This document shows, one piece after another, positions 39,231-49,135 of a DNA stretch of 64,000 nucleotides. Each line of letters opens with the position of its first letter. The first letter of the stretch is position 1. Both the position numbers and the translations under genes were made by a program. This DNA is from Octopus bimaculoides. Lineage: Eukaryota. The notes below the pieces were generated by a model. It worked only from the letters and a program-made list of their open reading frames with translations. It was not told the origin of the DNA and searched no databases. The stretch is from contig NC_068984.1 in assembly GCF_001194135.2 (NCBI RefSeq), positions 29,526,248-29,590,247 of the forward strand. Direction: 5' to 3'.

Positions 39231-39824
39231 TGCTAATGAAAATAATAATAATAATAATAATAATAATATTTACAGAGACATATGCAAAGTGATGCTAGTG
39301 GATCAACGCCGTTCGATGATGTGAATTAAATTGTTCGATCAACTAATTTTCCTACTATTGAATTAACGTGTAAGTACATAAGTAGAAACTGAGAAATATA
39401 TACCTTTAATGTAATCCTTAAACGAAATTAGCATAACTGAGAGCGTGACGAGACATGTAAATTTTTAATTATACTTACAATCAACCCAACAATCTTATAA
39501 GTTGTTTTCTTCGGTACCCCAGTTGCACACACAGGGAATATGTTGAACCGGTGCTACCGAAAAAAACATGCAGTGAGATCAAGCCCTACATGCGTCAATT
39601 TTGTGTGCGCTTGAGTGTAAGCGTGTGTGAAGAAATGTCCTCATATTTTATTAACGCAGATTCCTACAAACTGTTCTCCAGTACACATCCCCACGCAGGA
39701 GTAGACATACACAAACACGCACACATACACATACAAAGAGAGACACGTGAGAGAAAATGAGAAAATAAGAAAGAAAGAAAGAAAGAAAGAAAGAGAGAAA
39801 ATAGGAGAAAGAGAGACAGAGGAT

Positions 39825-39858
39825 AGCAAACTACTTACCACACAGCCACCCCTGCGCC
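39825..39858 (-). mobile_element. Isolated family B SINE head
   Basis: Reverse complement ggcgcaggggtggctgtgtggtaagtagtttgct. Confidence 0.7.
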
Positions 39859-40914
39859 ATATATATAGAGAGAACCACATGATAGATATTAGGCGAAATG
39901 TCATGCCGTCTGGCATAATGCAATCTTTGGATATAATCTGGTGCCTTTAGATGTAGTACCAGCTGCAGTGTTATAGTTCGTAAGTTTTGACGCACACTCT
40001 ATTTAACAGTTGCTGACATCAGGTTGTTACATTTATCTATAAGGAGCAGAAAAAAAAACACATAGTAAATGCTATATACACACACACACGCATATATTAA
40101 ATTCGGACAACAATAGAACAATATAACGAATTTGCCTTCATCCGTTCTCTCTCGCACCGTATGTATTTGCTTACTTCTGGCGCATCATCATAACATATGT
40201 AATTTTTCTTACACCTCATTTACCAATGTACTCTTTCATTAATTGTGGAGTTGAAGTTAAGTTTACTTTTGTCCACATATAAATTTTTAATGACATTTAC
40301 AAAAATGTTTTGAAAATTATTTTCTGACAAATTTAATGTTATAGGATTTATTTTCTGAAAATTAAATGCAAATGACTTAAGAAGATTACAAAATGGAACA
40401 GGTTTATTTTCTTGTAGTTATTTCCGAGTCGTTGAACACATGATTTACTGGAAGAAGAAGTTACTTTGATTTGTGAGGTTACGACAATTATAATATTTTT
40501 TTCTCCTATGAAAGTTTGTATTAGTTTTGTAGTAAGCAATAAATATAATAAAGTATATAGATAATATGGTATGTCGCTAGTAAGCAACTCTCTATTTTGT
40601 TAATTGTATCCGTTCAATGGGAGATAAATCTCTACTAACGGAATCTACTTTTCGCAGCGGTAAAATCCATATAATTAAAAGGTTTCTTAAAAGAAAATGT
40701 AGAAACATATAACAGATAGAATATTCTCTGTTGACAAGTGGTTTGATTCCAGTACCTGAAGGTAAGAATTTTGATGCGAGGCCTACGTGGATACATATTT
40801 TTCTGTTGTGCGATTCAGGAAGTGATATTAACTATGCAAGAGTAATTCAGCATAACATTACTCACATAAAAACGTTGTGGCATTTATTTGGACTTGGTAT
40901 GTTTTGAAGTGAAT

Positions 40915-41240
40915 GCGCATGACTCGGTGGTTAGAGCGTCGATCTTACGATCGTGAGGTTGTGAGTTCGATTCCCGGGCCGAGCTGCGTGTTGTGTTCTT
41001 GAGCAAGACAATTTATGTCACGTTGCTCCAGTTCCCTCAGCTGTAGAAATGGGTTGCGATGTCACTGGTGCCAAGCCGTATCGGCCTTTCCCTTGGAAAA
41101 CATCAGTGGTGTGGAGAAGGGAGACTGGTATGCATGGGCGACTGCTGGTCTTCCATAAACAACTTTGCCCGGACATGTGCCTGGAAGGGTAACTTTTGTA
41201 GGTGCAATCCCATGGTCATTCATGACCGAAGGGGATCACC
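40915..41240 (+). mobile_element. tRNA-derived SINE, family C
   Basis: A-box-like tgactcggtggttagagc; B-box gagttcgattccc; core ttgtgttcttgagcaagaca...gttgctccagt. Confidence 0.8.
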
Positions 41241-41760
41241 CTTTGGTATGTTTTGATGCATTAGGTATAAAATGTACCTGATAATGTTCCTGGAGACATT
41301 TGCGGAGTTGAATGGAAGATTGTAGCAGTAAATTTTCTTCGGGGGAGTGGTGGATAGGGGATACCCCATCTTTACTAATTTTCCATTAAAGCCACAGAAT
41401 CCTATTTGATTTTCGCTGCGACTTCCGAAATTATCTCTATAAAATATAGATCTAATATTCTTCAACTGGTATGAAATGTTTAGTTTATAAATGTTACTTG
41501 GGGTATCTATAAGTAGATACAATAGTATCATTGGGCTTTTACAGGAGTAGCATTTTCCGATCATGAGACCTAATGTATTTTCCAACATCTTAGTTCGAAA
41601 AGAGGTGATAGATATATTCTAGATATGATACTGGAAGATTTTTTTTATAAAATTATTCCTAAATTATTTATGATGTGAAAGTTTATATTGCATGAAATTG
41701 TCTGTTGTCTCCATCAAGCATTATTGTGAACTGCTCCTCTTGACTGTGTTTAGGACTAAT

Positions 41761-41950
41761 AATCCAACAAGATCTGCGAAAATAATAATTGTAAAGAGGG
41801 AGGCCGGTATTATCCGATGATGGAATCAATTTACAATCATTATTTTGAACCACCAAGCCCCCCTCCCCCCAGAAACAGCTGTTGGACTCGTACAACTCTT
41901 ATTCAACCCCTTTAATTATATCATTCCTACTCTGAGTAAGCTGGACCTTT
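41761..41950 (+). mobile_element. PLE-type 3'/pseudo-LTR remnant with a decayed HHR and an inverted left arm
   Basis: Homologous to 60974-61135 (atccga.gatg...cattatttt...ccacc.agcccc...aaacagctgttgga...ggaccttt); GAAACAGCTGT at 41872-41882. Confidence 0.55.
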
Positions 41951-44395
41951 TCATATGTAAACATATGTACATGTTTTGTATTAAATGTATTTGATATTTT
42001 TTTGGTATATCGACATGCCTAACTTGCTTATCCTTACATTTACTCCCTTACCTGCCCAAGTTTAAACCTCTTGAGCACTACGAAGTGTATTCTGTATGGA
42101 GAATATCTGTCTCTCATCTATATACATATATTTCTGTGTTCCTTTCTGTCGAAGAGCGTAGGCTGGAAGCGTATTAGACTTTCTCACTTCCCGAACGTTA
42201 AACTAATACATCTGTTTGTTGTTTACACACCCGTCTTCGTCTTTTGTTTTTTCGTAAGTTCTCACTATATATATATATATATATATATATGCATGTTTGT
42301 ATGTATGTGTGTGCGTTTAGGCGTGTATGAATGTATGTGTATGACCATACAAATATGTAGAAATGTACTGTATTAACATTGCTGTGAGTTGTCACAGGTA
42401 TCTATCCATCTACAAACCCATCTACTTATACGAATACTCACATATCGTCAAAGAAACACATACAGTGATTTACATCATATCCACTCATATATATATGCTT
42501 GCACATCCACACATATACACTCCCAATCACATTTATACATGTGCTACCAACGTAGAAATTCGTAGAAAAAAATAACTTTTACAAAATTTGTTCTACGAAA
42601 TAGAAAGAGGGAGACAAAAATTGATAGAGAGAAAGAAACATAGACAGTTAGTGACAAGTGAAAAAAAGGGAAAAATCTGAACAATGTGTAGGAAAACTAG
42701 GAATGAATTGTTTAATCAAGCGAGGAGAAAGAAATTTGTATAATAATGAATAAAGTTCAAAGTAGAAAAGCAGAATAAATACTTTGGCGAGTGAAAAGAA
42801 GAAAGTGTAACATTTCAACGCTCATCAATAGTGTTTCGAATAAAACAGAAAGGGATTTAATATAATTTCTTGTAGGAACTCCAAAACTAANNNNNNNNNN
42901 TTTGGTTGCGTTTAAAATTAATTTAGTATGAGCCAAAGTTGATATAAAAAAATTATATAAAATGAATCAAACGTAATATATTATCATTTTGTTTTCTAAT
43001 TTGCCATATATGTTTTTAGAAAAGAATATGAGACTTGTTCAACAATGTTAGGCCTCTTTTAACAACTAATAAGCCATAAGTCCTTCATTTTATCCAATCT
43101 GTCTTTGTACTTTGTCTTTTGCTCCACTGCACTTCATATTACAAACATGTCGTCCATATTATTAATATGTGGATTAATTGAAGTCTTTCTTGTTGGGTGG
43201 TTCTGCAGATTGCTATATCCGTTTAGAAATGAAATATGTCTAAGCCGTATTAGTTATTTAAGTATTTTCATAATATTTTTTTATGAGCTTTTCTGTTATT
43301 CATCTGAGAGCTTGTGGTATTTAATATATGTCTTTAATAACATACACATATCCATTTAGATTTGCATAAATGCATGTATTGTATGTAAGAATACATGTTA
43401 AATAGTGCTATGGAACGCGTGCAACTTTTAAATAGGTTGTTCTTATTCAATGTCAGCACAGTCAGAAGAAGTTGATTCTCTCATCACATATATGGAAATA
43501 AGCCTATGATAATAACTAGATTTGCTTCTCTGGGAGAGAAAAATTGACCAGAAGTGTACAATGTTAAATAAATTTCGTTCATAGAATTAATACTCTCGTT
43601 CGTTGAAAGAGACGTTGGGTAGTGTTTAAGAATGTACACAAGTTCACACACACACGCGCACACACACACACACACACATACACACAAACANNNNNNNNNN
43701 NNNNNNNNNNNNNNNNNNNNNNNNNNNNNNNNNNNNNNNNNNNNNNNNNNNNNNNNNNNNNNNNNNNNNNNNNNNNNNNNNNNNNNNNNNNNNNNNNNNN
43801 NNNNNNNNNNNNNNNNNNNNNNNNNNNNNNNNNNNNNNNNNNNNNNNNNNNNNNNNNNNNNNNNNNNNNNNNNNNNNNNNNNNNNNNNNNNNNNNNNNNN
43901 NNNNNNNNNNNNNNNNNNNNNNNNNNNNNNNNNNNNNNNNNNNNNNNNNNNNNNNNNNNNNNNNNNNNNNNNNNNNNNNNNNNNNNNNNNNNNNNNNNNN
44001 NNNNNNNNNNNNNNNNNNNNNNNNNNNNNNNNNNNNNNNNNNNNNNNNNNNNNNNNNNNNNNNNNNNNNNNNNNNNNNNNNNNNNNNNNNNNNNNNNNNN
44101 NNNNNNNNNNNNNNNNNNNNNNNNNNNNNNNNNNNNNNNNNNNNNNNNNNNNNNNNNNNNNNNNNNNNNNNNNNNNNNNNNNNNNNNNNNNNNNNNNNNN
44201 NNNNNNNNNNNNNNNNNNNNNNNNNNNNNNNNNNNNNNNNNNNNNNNNNNNNNNNNNNNNNNNNNNNNNNNNNNNNNNNNNNNNNNNNNNNNNNNNNNNN
44301 NNNNNNNNNNNNNNNNNNNNNNNNNNNNNNNNNNNNNNNNNNNNNNNNNNNNNNNNNNNNNNNNNNNNNNNNNNNNNNNNNNNNNNNNNNNNNNN

Positions 44396-45905
44396 NGAAA
44401 AATGTGACCCCCGTTTTAAAAAAGATCCGAGAAGAGCATACCCTATAAAATATAGAGCGGTTGTTTATTTTTGTATGTGTAACGTAAAAGTTTAGAAAAA
44501 AACCCCATTGGTTTCATATCTAGCATGAACTAGACATCTCTTCAGTTTCTCAAAACGATAACCGTTCTCTGCAAAACATGTTTTTCAAACGCAAGAACGC
44601 CAGTGATAGTTCAAAAAATTATGGCCGGGCGAATTGTCTTCCTTCGCTTGATAGCTAAGTTTTCTAATTTTAAAGTAAACATTTCTGAAAATGTGGACAA
44701 CTCCCCACGGCTTCCGTCCTGGTGTTCAGGTAGCCTTCTGCTTCATGTGAGTTCATGAGGATAATATATCCTTCTGCCATACACAATTTACAGTCTTGTT
44801 CCATTGCGATAGGGTCAACAAGTTTCCAATAATTTCCACCTGATGTTAAAGGGCGTATGATCATCCTTTAGGCGCCATACTTATTGTGTTGCGTCTCTCC
44901 GGGACCCTGAAAGAAGATTTGTGGTTGTTCAGGCGAATTTTAAATTTGGATTCACAAGATCCGACATAACTTTTAGCGTGTGTCCCTGTGTTGGCATTGA
45001 TGTTACTGAATCTACCTTTGCTTGGTACACTGGAGCCTCGGTGTTACATCGACCGTCCACTGGGCATTCATTTGTAATCCTGCATGAACAACCTGCATCT
45101 GTCTGTGGTTTAGGAATGCTAAGTAATTTTTCCTTAACAGTGGGTGCACAACTGAAAAAGATTCTTAAATTATTTCTGTTAAAGATCTTTCTGTGTGATC
45201 ACGTAAAATGCTTATCAACCAGCCTAAGAAAAATCTTGCCTACGCATGTCTGGACGTTAAGGAAGAAGTGTGGGAGCGAACCATAAGGTCTTGCGGTGGT
45301 GTTTCCTTTTATGGTTAATCAATCCTGGTGTATATACTATATTCTCTTTAAACCCGCTGGCCGCTAGCGCCTCATTGTAATAGGGGGCTGCTACGTCTAA
45401 AATTATCTTTATTTGAAGATAAGATTGAAATCCGTTTACTATAGCTTTTATTAGGTTTTTGAACATTATGGGTGGGTGACAGGAGGCTGTATTAATGTAC
45501 GATAGCCTATCATTCGGTTTACGGTGTGGTCTGTAGGTGCCACTATCTAGATCAATCGTGACATCCAAGAAGTTCACCACGCTGAGGTTAGTTTCTATGG
45601 TGATTTTAAGGCCAAAGTCGTTGACGGTGTGTATGCTGTCTTTTCTAACCCTACCTAAAGTATGGTCGTTAGCGCCTCTGGAGATGGCTAAGGCATCATC
45701 TCTATATAAGCCGAAGTGGACAGAGGGGCATTTATTACCCAGGGTGTCCAGAATGTAAAACCCTATTAGGTCGTAAATATCGGTACTGCTGTATGCCCCC
45801 ATCGCGATGTTGAATGAATCTTCCGGGTCAGTTCGTTTGACCCAGGTTGAAGCCTGGTTGAATGGCAACGTTTTCCTAGCGTGAATAATTATATCTATTA
45901 ATATC
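44396..45905 (-). mobile_element. Penelope-like element (RT with YRDD, GIY-YIG endonuclease, 3' end), 5'-truncated
   Basis: GLYRDD (YRDD at 45695-45706); NFLDVT..RPHRKPN...SCHPP; VYQAKV...SYVGSCE (GIY-YIG motifs, frameshifted); CKLCMAEGY...LNTRTE..CPH..K.LL-stop at 44670. Confidence 0.92.
44490..44556 (-). ncRNA. Type I hammerhead ribozyme, near intact
   Basis: Minus strand: gttttgagaaa CTGAAGA g atgtctag-ttcatg-ctagatat GAAAC caatggg GTT tttttctaaac. Stem II 8 bp; stem I 10 of 11 pairs; short stem III. Confidence 0.8.
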
Positions 45906-45906
45906 T

Positions 45907-46145
45907 AAGCTGAAATTATATAAGAGCTACCTACATCAGTTTCCTATCGTTCTATGCAATATATTCCTCTTTCTCGCTATTCTGCAATAATCATAATTAC
46001 TAAAATTCCATAAGGAAAAGTTGGGCGATGAAAGAAGACGACCGCTAGCAGACAGGCATACAACTTTCACTAGTTCACCTTTCTCTAACAAAGGCCATTC
46101 TGCCTCCTCTCTCACTGTAGTGGGGTTTCGATATAAAGCGTAACA
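45907..46145 (+). repeat. 5' LTR, 3' portion only
   Basis: Aligns to 48815 onward and ends in cgtaaca, 4 nt before the PBS. Confidence 0.85.
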
Positions 46146-46149
46146 AAAT

Positions 46150-46167
46150 TGGGGACTCGTCCGGGAT
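46150..46167 (+). promoter_or_regulatory. Primer-binding site, tRNA-Pro type
   Basis: tggggactcgtccgggat matches the tRNA-Pro PBS TGGGGGCTCGTCCGGGAT at 17/18. Confidence 0.9.
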
Positions 46168-46386
46168 CGAAACCATTAGAAACATTTTGTAAAAAAAAAA
46201 AGAAAAAAAAAGAAAGAAAGAGAGAATCCATTTTTGTTTTCTGCTTAATTTTATTTTGTTTTGCAAACGAGTTAACTGAAACCAGCAATGAATGAATAAA
46301 TAAAGGGAAAGAAACTGTCTTTTAAGCTAGAGGTTTTTCTTAAGTCCTCTACCTCTCAGAGAGTCGGTGCCTTGCGCAAATAGGAT

Positions 46387-47170
46387 TTGTTAGAAATTTC
46401 TGCGCATTTCCAACTTGAGGCTAAATCTGCTATGAGGAAATTTCAAATTTTGAAAATCGTTTTGAATCATTTCGATGATGAGGGACTTTTCGGACATGTT
46501 GTTTTGGAGATGGTAAAAAAAGAACCTTCAGACCATTTGGAAATGAAAAGACTTGAAGTTCAATTAGAATTGAAAAAATATGAAATTGAGCCTAAGAAGC
46601 TAGAAATTCAAAAGGAAATTCAGCTTAAAAAATTAGAAAATTATTTTTCTCCTTCACACCCTTCCTCTTTCGAAGTTGCGAGACATGCCTGATTGGTTTC
46701 TCTTTTCAATGGAAAAGAGGTAGAGCAGAGTTCAGATTATGATCTGGTTAAGATGACCCTTCTAAAAGCTTATGAGTTAGTGCTCGAAGCTTATCGAGAA
46801 AAACTCAAGAATGTTCATAAAAAGGACAATGCGACTTTTGCAGAGTTTGCTAGGGAGAAGTAAACTGTGTTTGATAGGTAGCGTAGTTCTAAGGAGGTCA
46901 CAGATTTTGATAGTTAGAGGCAATTAGTTTTGATGGAGGATTCACAGGGATTCTTTTCGGTCATCGTCTTCTGGTCCAAAGGGCTTTTCCCTGGGTACAA
47001 GTTCAGGCCATGCAGGTTCCAGTGGTGACAGAACGGGTTCAAATTTTTCGGGCAGGCGGTCGCATTCCTCCGAGTCTAATATTCGGATTCCCACTGGTTT
47101 GGTCCTGTTTGTGCATATTGTAAAAAAACCGGGTCATTTGATTTCGGCATCTCCCAAACTTAATCAATCC
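46387..47170 (+). pseudogene. gag: gag with SCAN-like domain and zinc knuckle, disrupted
   Basis: LLEISAHFQLE...RK.QI; SDYDLVK..LLKAYELV.EAYREK...TFAEFAREK..FDR...LRQLVLME; PVCAYCKKPGHLISAS (frameshifted). Confidence 0.8.
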
Positions 47171-47269
47171 ATTGGTTCCCCAAATGCTTTTGCGTCTCTC
47201 GTACTTAAGCCTTTCTTTTCAGAGAGTTGTGTGTGTGAGAGTAAACCCAGATTCCATAGTTCGGAAGGA

Positions 47270-48475
47270 GTTTTGCCTTTTATTTACAAAGGTTCCGCGT
47301 CGCATATGGGTGATAATTCTACACCACGGCCCGTTATTCTTTTCAGGGATACTGGAGCTCTTCAGTCTCTGATTTTTAAGGATATTTTACTTTTTTGTGA
47401 TGAGTCTTCACCGAACTTAGATATTTTGCTTCAGGGTATTGGTGGTAATTTTTCTGCTCTTCTTCTTTTTCTGAATTTAACTCCATATCTGATTTCTGGT
47501 GAGGTGAAAGTAGCCGTTCTTGACTCACTCCCAGTTCCGGGTGTCGTTTTCTTGATCAGAAATGATCTTTGGGTTCCAAGGTTGGTGCTGATCCTATTGT
47601 CACTGTTTGACCAGAGAGTTCAGTTAGTAGAGAAAAGTAAGAGGATAATTTTCCCGGTATTTTCTCTTCTTTTGCAGTGACTCGGTCCGGTCGATGTCGA
47701 AAGGCATTTCTTCCAAGTCTTCTTTGCTGAATGATTCCATTTGTGATTTGTCAGATACTTTCATGGATCATCCTTTTTGTAAAGTAGAGGCTGATGACTT
47801 ACCTTCAAAGGGTAGTGATTCTTCGGGTCTTCTTGATAGGTCGGATGGAGGGTCGGGAGGTGACCACATTCTTTCTAGAGAGCAACTTATTAATGCGCAG
47901 GGTGAGGATGCTGAGTTGCAGAAGTTAGCTAATAAGGTCGTTTATTTTGAGGAGGTTAGCAAGGTTCCAATTTGTTACTATTTTAGGGGTAGTGTTATGT
48001 TGAGGAAATATAGGCTGCCGGATATTCCTGGGGGGATGAATGGAAAGTGTACCAAAGTGTACCATCAAATTGTGGTACCAAAATTATTACGAATTCATGT
48101 AGTTTCATTGGCACATGAAAGTCCCATGGCAGGTCATTTAGGTGTAAATAAAACTTGTGTGAAATGTTTGGCACATTTCTTTTGACCTAGTTTGAGACAA
48201 GATGTGGCTGAATTTTGTAAAACCTGTCATGCATGCTAAATGGTTGGAAAAACAAATCAGAAAATCCCTCTCGCTCCTTTGATACCTATACTGGCTTTTG
48301 TAGAACCTTTCAGTCGGGTTATCATTGATTGTATTGGTCCGCTACCCAAGACAAAGTCGGATAATCAGTATCTTCTCACTATCGTATGTGCTTCTACCAG
48401 ATTTCCTGAAGCTATTCCTCTTCGTAGGATTGCCGCTCCTGTGATTGCTAAGGCTTTGATCGAGGTTTTTTTTTT
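47270..48475 (+). pseudogene. pol: pol fragment: aspartic protease followed by integrase (HHCC and core N-terminus), disrupted
   Basis: PVILFRDTGALQSL...LPVPGV.FLIRNDL; linker FAVTRS; QIVVPK..R..VVSLAHESPMAGHLGV.KT...FFWP.LRQDV..FCKTCHAC; EPFSRVIIDCIGPLPKTKS.NQYLLTI.CASTRFPEAIPLR. Confidence 0.88.
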
Positions 48476-48600
48476 TTTTTTNNNNNNNNNNNNNNNNNNN
48501 NNNNNNNNNNNNNNNNNNNNNNNNNNNNNNNNNNNNNNACTGGTTGGGTATTGGTTAATTGCATTATCATAGTCTTTGTAACAGAAAATTTCTTTTCCTT

Positions 48601-48613
48601 AAGAGGGAGAAAA
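48601..48613 (+). promoter_or_regulatory. Polypurine tract
   Basis: aagagggagaaaa immediately before TGTTACG. Confidence 0.8.
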
Positions 48614-49135
48614 TGTTACGAGAATGTGTTTATAGTGGATTTCATTTGGGCATATAGATTCGAACCTGAATCTATAGAATTCGCCTTTAAATTACAACAG
48701 TATTTTCTCACACAAAAACCAATAGTTGACACTAGTTACATTGACCACATGGCCTTGCCAAGTCGATTTATGTCTTTTCCACTTAACCGTTTTGACCTCT
48801 TCTATGCCACCAAAAGCTGAAATTAAGTAAGAGCTACCAACATCAGTTTCCCATTGTTCTCGGTGATATGTCTCTCTTTCTCGCTATTCTACAATAATTA
48901 TAAATACTGAAATTCCATAAGGAAACGTTGGTTGGTGAAAGAAGACGACCGCAAGCAGACAGCTATGATAAGAGTTGGTGAAAGAAGACGACCACGAGCA
49001 GACAAGGCATACAACTTTCACTAGTTCACCTTTCTCTAACAAAGGCCATTCTGTCTGTCTGTCAGTCTGTCTGTCTCTGTCTGTGTGTGTGTCTCTCTCT
49101 CCATTTGCAGTTGTCTAAGTGAAAAGGAAGCGCGA
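48614..49135 (+). repeat. 3' LTR
   Basis: Starts TGTTACG (inverse of the 5' LTR end CGTAACA). Contains a 30-bp direct repeat at 43-bp spacing and a TCTG/GT tract. The end is degraded and approximate. Confidence 0.75.

Larger units (their letters stand above)
45907..49135 (+). mobile_element. Gmr1-type Gypsy LTR retrotransposon, decayed; RT/RNase H not visible
   Basis: Direct repeats 45907-46103 and 48815-49052; PBS; SCAN-like gag; CCHC; LFRDTGA protease; integrase directly after the protease; PPT; TGTTACG...CGTAACA LTR termini. The right end is approximate. Confidence 0.88.

Noticed and set aside
40915-40985. tRNA gene
   Set aside because: A and B boxes are present but there is no acceptor stem and it runs into a SINE core; the same applies to the family A and B heads.
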